The notes under the pieces are model-generated. The model had not been told where the DNA came from. It saw only the letters and a list, made by a program, of their open reading frames with translations, and ran no database searches. This document shows positions 7,956 through 15,691 of a DNA stretch of 15,691 bases, one piece after another. Location of the stretch: the IMG/VR virus record IMGVR_UViG_2778261058_000019. One strand, given 5' to 3'. Position 1 is the stretch's first letter. Each line of letters opens with the position of its first letter. Both the position numbers and the translations under genes were made by a program. Source of the stretch: a virus. Taxonomy: Duplodnaviria; Heunggongvirae; Uroviricota; Caudoviricetes.

Positions 7956-8366
7956 TTAGCGTGGTAAGATCTGTGTAGTTTTCTGGATGCTTTCAGTAAA
8001 TAGTAATGAATTATCAAAGGTATAGTAATATCTTTTTTGTTCGTGGATATTTGTAACCCACCGAAAAACTCCTGCTTTAGCAAGGTTTCTTCTGTATTCC
8101 TGAAATGTGATCTCTCTGGATTTCAGCTTATTAGAGGTCGTTTCTATAAGATGCCTATCCTTTGAAAATTTGACAGACACAATGTTTTTTAGGCCCTTTA
8201 ATAACACTGTATTATCATTTTTTAATACAATATGAACATTCTCTGTGGCTAAATAGTAAATGTAATGTGAGACATTGTGACGTTTTAGCTCAGAATAAAA
8301 CCATTGATAGTTTAAATCGTTTCGAACTTTATCAAATATTTGTTTAAAAATGACTACCTGATCCAT
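7956..8366 (-). CDS. ydfO: YdfO-like protein (DUF1398-type, 136 aa)
   Basis: Minus-strand ORF. ATG at 8366-8364 is preceded by GGAAGG about 7 nt upstream and gives 136 aa (MDQVVIFKQ...); the track's 141-aa start at 8381 has no SD. A stem-loop at 7919-7947 lies just past the stop. Confidence 0.65.
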
Positions 8367-8423
8367 AGATAAACCTTCCATGTGATATGAGGGGGCGTAG
8401 TCTGCACGATTATCTAAATTGCT

Positions 8424-8657
8424 TCAATCTGGTCTGACCTGTTTTCTGAGCAATTCAGTAATGTCACTCTTTTCTTTGTTTGCTTCAGAAGAAACTCTTT
8501 TTTCTGAGCACAGTCTCCGGCGGCAGGCTTCAATGACCCAGGCTGAGAAATTCCCGGACCCTTTTTGCTCAAGAGCGATGTTAATTTGTTCAATCATTTG
8601 GTTAGGAAAGCGGATGTTGCGGGTTGTTGTTCTGCGGGTTCTGTTCTTCGTTGACAT
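8424..8657 (-). CDS. ynfO: YnfO-like small protein (77 aa), predicted ribbon-helix-helix DNA-binding fold
   Basis: Minus-strand ORF 57 nt upstream of ydfO on the same strand. Arg-rich N-terminus, then NIRFPNQMIEQINIALEQKG...NFSAWVIEACRRRL, which looks like a strand-helix-helix (Arc/CopG-like) pattern. Fold assignment is inference. Confidence 0.6.
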   Translation of the reverse strand: MSTKNRTRRTTTRNIRFPNQMIEQINIALEQKGSGNFSAWVIEACRRRLCSEKRVSSEANKEKSDITELLRKQVRPD

Positions 8658-8829
8658 GAGGTTGCCCCGTATTCAGTGTCGCTGATTTGTATTGTCTGAA
8701 GTTGTTTTTACGTTAAGTTGATGCAGATCAATTAATACGATACCTGCGTCATAATTGATTATTTGACGTGGTTTGATGGCCTCCACGCACGTTGTGATAT
8801 GTAGATGATAATCATTATCACTTTACGGG

Positions 8830-9040
8830 TCCTTTCCGGTGATCCGACAGGTTACGGGGCGGCGACCTCGCGGGTTTTCGCTATTTATGAAAATTTTCCG
8901 GTTTAAGGCATTTCCGTTCTTCTTCGTCGTAACTTAATGTTTTTATTTAAAATACCCCCTGAAAAGAAAGGAAACGACAGGTGCTGAAAACGAGCTTTTG
9001 GGCCTCTGTCGTTTCCTTTCTCTGTTTTTGGCCGTGGAAT
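8830..9040 (+). other. Lambda-type cos site (cosQ-cosN-cosB); 12-nt cohesive end GGGCGGCGACCT at 8857-8868
   Basis: Bases 8841-8880 read GATCCGACAGGTTACG|GGGCGGCGACCTCGCGGGTTTTCG, the fused right and left ends of phage lambda as I recall them. The roughly 170 bp upstream also resemble the lambda right end, and the downstream region leads into Nu1. Confidence 0.85.
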
Positions 9041-9045
9041 GAACA

Positions 9046-9591
9046 ATGGAAGTCAACAAAAAGCAGCTGGCTGACATTTTCGGTGCGAGTATCCGTACCA
9101 TTCAGAACTGGCAGGAACAGGGAATGCCCGTTCTGCGAGGCGGTGGCAAGGGTAATGAGGTGCTTTATGACTCTGCCGCCGTTATAAGATGGTATGCCGA
9201 AAGGGATGCTGAAATTGAGAACGAAAAGCTGCGCCGGGAAGTTGAAGAACTGCGGCAGGCCAGCGAGACAGATCTCCAGCCAGGGACTATTGAGTACGAA
9301 CGCCATCGACTTACGCGTGCGCAGGCCGACGCACAGGAGCTGAAAAATGCCAGAGACTCCGCTGAAGTGGTGGAAACCGCATTCTGTACTTTCGTGCTGT
9401 CGCGGATCGCAGGTGAAATTGCCAGTATTCTCGACGGGATCCCCCTGTCGGTGCAGCGGCGTTTTCCGGAACTGGAAAACCGACATGTTGATTTCCTGAA
9501 ACGGGATATCATCAAAGCCATGAACAAAGCAGCCGCGCTGGATGAACTGATACCGGGGTTGCTGAGTGAATATATCGAACAGTCAGGTTAA
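9046..9591 (+). CDS. nohQ: Terminase small subunit Nu1 homolog (181 aa), apparently full length
   Basis: MEVNKKQLADIFGASIRTIQNWQEQGMPVLRGGGKGNEVLYDSAAVIRWYAERDAEIEN... is essentially lambda gpNu1 with its N-terminal helix-turn-helix. The 3' end overlaps the start of the terminase A reading frame as in lambda. Symbol by analogy with Qin (nohA/nohQ). Confidence 0.85.
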   Translation: MEVNKKQLADIFGASIRTIQNWQEQGMPVLRGGGKGNEVLYDSAAVIRWYAERDAEIENEKLRREVEELRQASETDLQPGTIEYERHRLTRAQADAQELKNARDSAEVVETAFCTFVLSRIAGEIASILDGIPLSVQRRFPELENRHVDFLKRDIIKAMNKAAALDELIPGLLSEYIEQSG

Positions 9592-11242
9592 CAGGCTGCG
9601 GCATTTTGTCCGCGCCGGGCTTCGCTCACTGTTCAGGCCGGAGCCACAGACCGCCGTTGAATGGGCGGATGCTAATTACTATCTCCCGAAAGAATCCGCA
9701 TACCAGGAAGGGCGCTGGGAAACACTGCCCTTTCAGCGGGCCATCATGAATGCGATGGGCAGCGACTACATCCGTGAGGTGAATGTGGTGAAGTCTGCCC
9801 GTGTCGGTTATTCCAAAATGCTGCTGGGTGTTTATGCCTACTTTATAGAGCATAAGCAGCGCAACACCCTTATCTGGTTGCCGACGGATGGTGATGCCGA
9901 GAACTTTATGAAAACCCACGTTGAGCCGACCATCCGCGATATTCCGTCGCTGCTGGCGCTGGCTCCGTGGTATGGCAAAAAGCACCGGGATAACACGCTC
10001 ACTATGAAGCGTTTTTCCAATGGTCGTGGCTTCTGGTGCCTGGGCGGTAAAGCGGCAAAAAACTACCGTGAAAAGTCGGTGGATGTGGCGGGTTATGATG
10101 AACTTGCTGCCTTTGATGAGGATATTGAACAGGAAGGCTCTCCGACGTTCCTTGGCGACAAACGTATTGAAGGCTCGGTCTGGCCAAAGTCCATCCGTGG
10201 CTCCACGCCCAAAGTGAGAGGCACCTGCCAGATTGAGCGTGCAGCCAGTGAATCCCTGCATTTTATGCGTTTTCATGTTGCCTGCCCGCACTGCGGGGAG
10301 GAGCAGTATCTTAAATTTGGCGACAAAGAGACGCCGTTTGGCCTCAAATGGACGCCGGATGACCCCTCTAGCGTGTTTTATCTCTGCGAGCATAATGCCT
10401 GCGTCATCCGCCAGCAGGAGCTGGACTTTACTGATGCCCGTTATATCTGCGAAAAGACCGGGATCTGGACCCGTGATGGCATTCTCTGGTTTTCGTCATC
10501 CGGTGAAGAGATTGAGCCGCCGGACAGTGTGACCTTTCACATCTGGACGGCGTACAGCCCGTTCACCACCTGGGTGCAGATTGTCAAAGACTGGATGAAG
10601 ACGAAAGGGGATACGGGAAAACGTAAAACCTTCGTGAACACCACGCTCGGTGAGACATGGGAAGCGAAAATCGGCGAACGTCCGGATGCTGAGGTGATGG
10701 CGGAGCGGAAAGAGCATTATTCAGCGCCCGTTCCTGACCGTGTGGCTTACCTGACCGCCGGTATCGACTCCCAGCTGGACCGCTACGAAATGCGCGTATG
10801 GGGATGGGGGCCGGGTGAGGAAAGCTGGCTGATTGACCGGCAGATTATTATGGGTCGCCACGACGATGAACAGACGCTGCTGCGTGTGGATGAGGCCATC
10901 AATAAAACCTATACCCGCCGGAATGGTGCAGAAATGTCGGTATCCCGTATCTGCTGGGATACTGGCGGGATTGACCCGACCATTGTGTATGAACGCTCGA
11001 AAAAACATGGGCTGTTCCGGGTGATCCCCATTAAAGGGGCATCCGTCTACGGAAAGCCGGTGGCCAGCATGCCACGTAAGCGAAACAAAAACGGGGTTTA
11101 CCTTACCGAAATCGGTACGGATACCGCGAAAGAGCAGATTTATAACCGCTTCACACTGACGCCGGAAGGGGATGAACCGCTTCCCGGTGCCGTTCACTTC
11201 CCGAATACCCGAAACTTGCAGTTGCTTATCCGTCAGGCGTGA
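9566..11242 (+). pseudogene. Terminase large subunit (gpA-like), 3'-truncated by a deletion; 558 codons with a short out-of-frame tail
   Basis: GTG 9566 starts MNISNSQVNRLRHFVRAGLRSLFRPEPQTAVEWADANYYLPKES..., which follows lambda gpA (641 aa) as I recall it up to ...LPGAVHFPN near 11207. The frame then reads [11 protein letters not shown] and stops at 11240-11242, so the C-terminal ~90 residues of gpA are missing. Confidence 0.85.
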
Positions 11243-11808
11243 TCCCTGATATGCGTGGCTGGACGATTAAGGGCAAGCCCGCCAGTGGTCGGGCCGTATT
11301 ATCTCAGGAACAGGACGGCATTAAATCGCACACCCACAGCGCCAGCGCATCCAGTACGGATTTGGGGACGAAAACCACATCGTCGTTTGATTACGGAACC
11401 AAATCCACGAATAACACCGGGGCGCATACCCATAGTATTAGCGGGACCGCAAATAGTGCCGGTGCGCACCAACACAAGAGTTCCGGTGCATTTGGTGGCA
11501 CGAACACGAGCATTTTCCCTAATGGTTATACCGCGATTTCAAATCTAAGCGCGGGGATTATGAGCACAACAAGCGGTAGTGGCCAGATTCGTAATGCAGG
11601 GAAGACATCATCAGATGGTGCTCATACCCACTCGCTGTCCGGCACTGCTGCAAGCGCAGGCGCACATGCACATACTGTCGGTATTGGTGCTCATACGCAC
11701 TCCGTTGCGATTGGTTCACATGGACACACCATCACCGTTAACGCTGCTGGTAACGCGGAAAACACCGTCAAAAACATCGCATTTAACTATATTGTGAGGC
11801 TTGCATAA
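11239..11808 (+). CDS. stfQ: Side tail fiber protein (Stf-like), C-terminal fragment (up to 189 aa) with GAHTHS-type repeats
   Basis: This frame is open from 11176 and already reads [28 protein letters not shown]... across the junction. The first possible starts are GTG 11239 and ATG 11251, with no clear SD. His/Gly/Ala-rich repeats (GAHTHS, GAHQH, GAHAH) are typical of lambda-type side tail fiber C-termini. May be an unexpressed remnant. Confidence 0.6.
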   Translation: MIPDMRGWTIKGKPASGRAVLSQEQDGIKSHTHSASASSTDLGTKTTSSFDYGTKSTNNTGAHTHSISGTANSAGAHQHKSSGAFGGTNTSIFPNGYTAISNLSAGIMSTTSGSGQIRNAGKTSSDGAHTHSLSGTAASAGAHAHTVGIGAHTHSVAIGSHGHTITVNAAGNAENTVKNIAFNYIVRLA

Positions 11809-12383
11809 TGGCATTCAGAATGAGTGAACAACCACGGACCATAAAAATTTATAATCTGCTGGCCGGAACTAATGAATTTATTGGTGAAGGTGATGCATAT
11901 ATTCCGCCTCATACAGGTCTGCCAGCAAACAGTACCGATATTGCACCGCCAGATATTCCGGCTGGCTTCGTGGCTGTTTTCAACAGTGATGAGTCATCGT
12001 GGCATCTCGTTGAAGATCATCGGGGTAAAACGGTTTATGACGTGGCTTCCGGCGACGCGTTATTTATTTCTGAACTCGGTCCGTTACCGGAAAATGTTAC
12101 CTGGTTATCGCCGGAAGGGGAGTTTCAGAAGTGGAACGGCACAGTCTGGGTGAAGGATACGGAAGCAGAAAAACTGTTCCGGATCCGGGAGGCGGAAGAA
12201 ACAAAAAACAACCTGATGCAGGTAGCCAGTGAGCATATTGCGCCGCTTCAGGATGTTGCAGATCTGGAAATTGCAACGGAGGAAGAAATCTCGTTGCTGG
12301 AAGCATGGAAAAAGTATCGGGTATTGCTGAACCGTGTTGATACGTCAACTGCACAGGATATTGAATGGCCAGCACTGCCGTAG
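11808..12383 (+). CDS. tfaQ: Tail fiber assembly protein (lambda Tfa-like, 191 aa)
   Basis: ATG overlaps the stf stop (TAATG). [54 protein letters not shown]... matches lambda Tfa as I recall it. Confidence 0.85.
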   Translation: MAFRMSEQPRTIKIYNLLAGTNEFIGEGDAYIPPHTGLPANSTDIAPPDIPAGFVAVFNSDESSWHLVEDHRGKTVYDVASGDALFISELGPLPENVTWLSPEGEFQKWNGTVWVKDTEAEKLFRIREAEETKNNLMQVASEHIAPLQDVADLEIATEEEISLLEAWKKYRVLLNRVDTSTAQDIEWPALP

Positions 12384-12480
12384 GGTAAAACATATAAATT
12401 CTATAATTAGATGTATCTTTCCATTTACGGCAAGGAAGGGGGCTTGGAAGACGTAAAGCATCTCACACCGAGATTATTTT

Positions 12481-13071
12481 TTATATGTCAGGTGTCTGAA
12501 GTTTTGCTTTGGCTCTTAAAATGGTTTGCCGCGAGGTTTTGAATTCCCGGGCAATGGCACTTATACTTACACCTGACTTAATTCGTTCGAATACCGCCTG
12601 TTTCTGTTCTTCATTTAACACAGGTGGTCGACCAAAACGTTTCCCTGCGCCGCGGGCTCTTACTATCCCGGAATGAGTGCGTTCAAGTAAAAGGTCTCGT
12701 TCAAATTCAGCGACTGCTGAAATTACTTGCATCATCATTTTTCCTGTTGGACTGGTCAGGTCAATGCCCCCCAATGCTAAGCAATGCACTCTGATACCTG
12801 TTTCGGTCAGTTGTTCCACTGTTTTCCTGATATCCATTGCATTACAACCAAGGCGATCCAGTTTTGTCACAATCAATTGATCACCACATTTCAGGCGAGC
12901 AAGCAACCGGTTAAAACCAGGACGCTCACTGGTTGCTGCTGAGCCGCTAATGTGTTCTTCGATTATTTGCTGAGGTTTGATTTTAAAACCTGCACTTTCG
13001 ATTTCCCGGCGTTGATTTTCGGTGGTCTGATCCAGCGTTGATATCCGACAGTAAGCAAAAATTTGAGACAT
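12481..13071 (-). CDS. pinQ: Serine recombinase (resolvase/invertase family, 196 aa)
   Basis: Minus-strand [23 protein letters not shown]... has the N-terminal catalytic serine motif (YCRISTLDQ), [14 protein letters not shown] and a C-terminal HTH. Position beside stf/tfa is that of Pin-type invertases. Confidence 0.8.
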   Translation of the reverse strand: MSQIFAYCRISTLDQTTENQRREIESAGFKIKPQQIIEEHISGSAATSERPGFNRLLARLKCGDQLIVTKLDRLGCNAMDIRKTVEQLTETGIRVHCLALGGIDLTSPTGKMMMQVISAVAEFERDLLLERTHSGIVRARGAGKRFGRPPVLNEEQKQAVFERIKSGVSISAIAREFKTSRQTILRAKAKLQTPDI

Positions 13072-13387
13072 AGTGAGACTCTATACGAAATTGGTGTTCA
13101 TATCATAATGCATCTCAGAAAATAATTATGATTATTTTTGTGCATATTTGTATGTACACGTTCGAAAATAAACGAATGCGTATGCAACCCCGTAATTTTG
13201 GTGAGACCCAAAATCGATTTTGTGAAAAATGGCTTTAACTCGGTTTGTTTTTCGAGTTCCGGGCGGACTCAAGGAAGAAGAATAGTGTTGCGTGTTATTT
13301 TAACCAGATTTCAAGTTGTTTGGTCGTGGAAAAGTGGAGCAAAATGTTGTTAAAGTGGAAAAATGATAAAAAAGTAAGTTTATTATA

Positions 13388-13621
13388 TTACATTTTACCA
13401 TTTAAATTTTGGTTGTCTTTAAGAACTGATATCGCTGTTTGTAATAATTCTTTGTTATCCAGCCATGATTTTTTCTTTATGTTTCCTTCAATGTAATCAA
13501 GCAATGTTCTGGTATTGATAGGTCTTCCCTGTTTTGCTACTTCCACTACAGCATCCCCTAGGATAATTCTTACTTCAGGAAGCTGCGCAGGGAACCACTT
13601 TAGGGTGTCTTTTGATTTCAT
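13388..13621 (-). CDS. ydfK: YdfK-like small protein (77 aa)
   Basis: Minus-strand ORF; the 77-aa form starts MKSKDTLKWFPAQLPEV... at ATG 13621-13619, and the track's 88-aa form starts 11 codons upstream. Lies between pinQ and the prophage/host boundary as in Qin and Rac (ynaE paralog). Confidence 0.65.
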   Translation of the reverse strand: MKSKDTLKWFPAQLPEVRIILGDAVVEVAKQGRPINTRTLLDYIEGNIKKKSWLDNKELLQTAISVLKDNQNLNGKM

Positions 13622-14407
13622 GAAGATATTCCTTAAAATATTATTGATTTTCATTGCGATATTGTATGTCTGATTCAGGATATGTTGACTTATACATCGG
13701 TTTTGTCTGGGTTATTGGATATGCCAATCCCTAATTTTATTAGGGCATGACTAAAAATGCTGAATATGATAAGGAGAGATGTGATTATCAGTATGCTGTT
13801 CATATAGCCTCGAATTAGTAATGTGTTATATATGATATAGTTGACAATTTTTATCTTGGGTGTTCTTAAAGTTCGTAGATAAACATTGTCGTTTCAGGTA
13901 TACAGGAATGCTAACAGGTGGCAGCAAAAATCAGGCGGTTTATGGCGCAAGCTGAAGCGGCAACTGCAAACTATCTTATGTAGAGACTCTACACGGATTG
14001 GGTTTAAAAGTATACATAGATAACAGTTTTTATCTGAAAAAGAAAAATATCAAGGTGATATAGCCTATATGCCTTTGATGCGGAGGAATGAATGTGATGG
14101 GAGTGATGTATCTGAATAGTTGAAAAACCGCAGACACGCCTTATGCAAGAACGTGCTGCGATTGGCTGGTAAATTTTTCGATAGTGTGAGTATTGAATGA
14201 TTTCCAGCCGTTCTTGATTTTACGCATAAATCCATGAAAAAACTACTTATCTGTTGGGGAGTTTTTTTGGGGCATATATGGGACAGAAATAGGCCCCAGA
14301 TAGACACTGAGATCGAACTTAGGATGCTTTTTAAAAAAATGCAACTATCTGAAAAAACCTAGAAAACGCCAAGGAAACCACAGGATGGGAAAAAACACCT
14401 GTGAATT

Positions 14408-15691
14408 ATGGATTTCCAGTTATATTCGCTCGGCGCAGCGTTAGTGTTTCATGAAATATTTTTTCCTGAATCATCAACGGCAATGGCGTTAATTCTGGCA
14501 ATGGGAACCTACGGTGCAGGTTATGTGGCGCGTATTGTCGGAGCATTTATTTTCGGCAAAATGGGCGACAGAATAGGGCGTAAAAAAGTGCTCTTTATTA
14601 CCATCACCATGATGGGGATCTGTACCACCTTAATTGGTGTGTTACCGACCTATGCACAGATTGGTGTTTTTGCACCCATCTTGCTGGTGACGTTGCGTAT
14701 TATTCAGGGGTTGGGTGCAGGTGCGGAAATTTCCGGTGCCGGTACGATGCTGGCGGAATATGCGCCAAAAGGTAAGCGCGGAATTATCTCCTCATTTGTG
14801 GCTATGGGAACTAACTGCGGAACCTTGAGCGCAACGGCAATCTGGGCCTTTATGTTCTTCATTCTCAGTAAAGAGGAACTGCTGGCGTGGGGATGGCGTA
14901 TACCGTTCCTGGCGAGCGTTGTCGTGATGGTCTTTGCTATCTGGTTGCGTATGAATCTGAAAGAAAGCCCGGTCTTTGAGAAGGTTAACGACAGTAACCA
15001 ACCGACAGCAAAACCTGCACCTGCTGGTAGCATGTTCCAGAGCAAATCCTTCTGGCTGGCAACAGGGCTGCGTTTTGGTCAGGCGGGTAACTCCGGGTTA
15101 ATTCAGACTTTCCTTGCAGGCTATTTAGTGCAGACGTTATTGTTTAACAAAGCAATTCCAACAGATGCATTGATGATCAGTTCGATTCTCGGCTTTATGA
15201 CCATTCCGTTCCTTGGTTGGTTATCCGATAAAATTGGTCGCCGGATCCCGTATATTATTATGAATACCTCCGCGATTGTGCTGGCATGGCCAATGCTTTC
15301 TATCATTGTAGATAAAAGCTATGCCCCGAGCACCATTATGGTTGCACTGATTGTGATTCATAACTGTGCGGTGCTGGGATTATTTGCTCTGGAAAACATT
15401 ACCATGGCAGAAATGTTCGGCTGTAAAAACCGCTTTACCCGGATGGCTATTTCTAAAGAAATTGGTGGTCTTATCGCTTCCGGTTTTGGTCCTATCCTGG
15501 CGGGTATTTTCTGCACCATGACGGAATCCTGGTATCCGATCGCCATTATGATCATGGCATATTCAGTAATTGGTTTAATCTCTGCGCTGAAAATGCCAGA
15601 GGTGAAAGACCGTGATTTAAGTGCGCTGGAAGACGCTGCGGAAGATCAACCGCGTGTTGTAAGAGCTGCGCAACCTTCCAGAAGTCTGTAA
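14408..15691 (+). CDS. ydfJ: MFS transporter (metabolite:H+ symporter type), N-terminally truncated at the prophage/host junction (427 codons)
   Basis: ORF starts MDFQLYSLGAALVFHEIFFPESS... and carries the MFS signature GKMGDRIGRKKVLF. It begins at the conserved DFxLYG motif, which in full-length homologs follows the first transmembrane helix, so about 25-30 N-terminal residues are missing. An in-frame stop sits two codons upstream of the ATG. Confidence 0.75.
   Translation: MDFQLYSLGAALVFHEIFFPESSTAMALILAMGTYGAGYVARIVGAFIFGKMGDRIGRKKVLFITITMMGICTTLIGVLPTYAQIGVFAPILLVTLRIIQGLGAGAEISGAGTMLAEYAPKGKRGIISSFVAMGTNCGTLSATAIWAFMFFILSKEELLAWGWRIPFLASVVVMVFAIWLRMNLKESPVFEKVNDSNQPTAKPAPAGSMFQSKSFWLATGLRFGQAGNSGLIQTFLAGYLVQTLLFNKAIPTDALMISSILGFMTIPFLGWLSDKIGRRIPYIIMNTSAIVLAWPMLSIIVDKSYAPSTIMVALIVIHNCAVLGLFALENITMAEMFGCKNRFTRMAISKEIGGLIASGFGPILAGIFCTMTESWYPIAIMIMAYSVIGLISALKMPEVKDRDLSALEDAAEDQPRVVRAAQPSRSL

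Noticed and set aside
8419-8685. 88-aa plus-strand ORF antisense to ynfO
   Set aside because: It is the mirror frame of the minus-strand gene, which has a coherent RHH-like translation and an SD.
8947-9527. Minus-strand ORFs 8947..9486 and 9165..9527 and plus-strand ORF 8981..9187 across cos and Nu1
   Set aside because: The plus-strand Nu1 frame matches lambda gpNu1 essentially residue for residue; the others overlap the non-coding cosB region or are antisense.
9626-11197. Minus-strand ORFs (9626..10393 of 255 aa, 10721..11197 of 158 aa, and smaller) and small plus-strand ORFs inside the terminase A region
   Set aside because: The plus-strand frame matches lambda gpA over more than 540 residues; the long antisense ORFs are a common artefact of GC-rich coding sequence.
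11255-11797. Alternative-frame ORFs 11255..11548 and 11579..11797 within the stf fragment
   Set aside because: Their Pro/Arg-rich translations are typical off-frame readings of a Gly/Ala/His-rich tail fiber gene.
11872-12393. ORF 11872..12153 (+, alternative frame) and ORF 12097..12393 (-) within tfaQ
   Set aside because: They overlap the Tfa frame, which matches lambda Tfa.
12481-12560. Partial gix-like sequence (CGAGGTTTTG) as a possible invertase crossover site
   Set aside because: It lies inside the recombinase coding region, matches only about 10 of 26 positions, and I found no inverted partner; not called as a site.
13138-13496. ORFs 13138..13353 and 13245..13496 (+) in the pinQ-ydfK intergenic region
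   Set aside because: AT-rich, no SD, translations rich in Cys/Phe/Lys with no motif, and they partly overlap ydfK on the other strand.
14065-14307. 80-aa minus-strand ORF in the AT-rich region before ydfJ
   Set aside because: No RBS and a low-complexity translation; the region is better explained as non-coding junction DNA.
14704-15555. Minus-strand ORFs inside ydfJ (14704..15045, 14792..15001, 15121..15306, 15358..15555)
   Set aside because: They are antisense to a long plus-strand ORF with a clear MFS transporter signature.

Overview
This window is the late/lysis and packaging end of a lambdoid cryptic prophage of the E. coli Qin type, running from a toxin remnant into the host gene where the prophage is integrated. 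Gene names and protein identities below come from reading the translations and from memory of E. coli K-12 and phage lambda; no database search was run. In order: an IS3-family insertion sequence end (IS629/IS1203-like) abutting a 5'-truncated hokD toxin gene; rem; a 92-aa ORF coupled to ydfU (HNH-like C-terminus); the Q-type antiterminator quuQ with a candidate late promoter and terminator; cold-shock genes cspF, cspB and cspI; a small zinc-ribbon gene; a complete-looking lysis cassette (pinholin essQ, ydfR, SAR-endolysin rrrQ, spanins rzpQ with embedded rzoQ); ynfN; a frameshifted gnsB; the ynfO-ydfO pair; a lambda-type cos site with intact Nu1 and a 3'-truncated terminase A joined out of frame to the 3' end of a side tail fiber gene; tfaQ; the serine recombinase pinQ; ydfK; and an N-terminally truncated MFS transporter gene ydfJ. 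No rRNA, tRNA or CRISPR array was seen. I found no obviously novel multi-gene system; the most interesting points are the retained cos/Nu1 packaging signal next to a large structural-gene deletion, the IS-truncated Hok toxin, the gnsB homopolymer frameshift, and the ynfO-ydfO two-gene module of unknown function beside cos.
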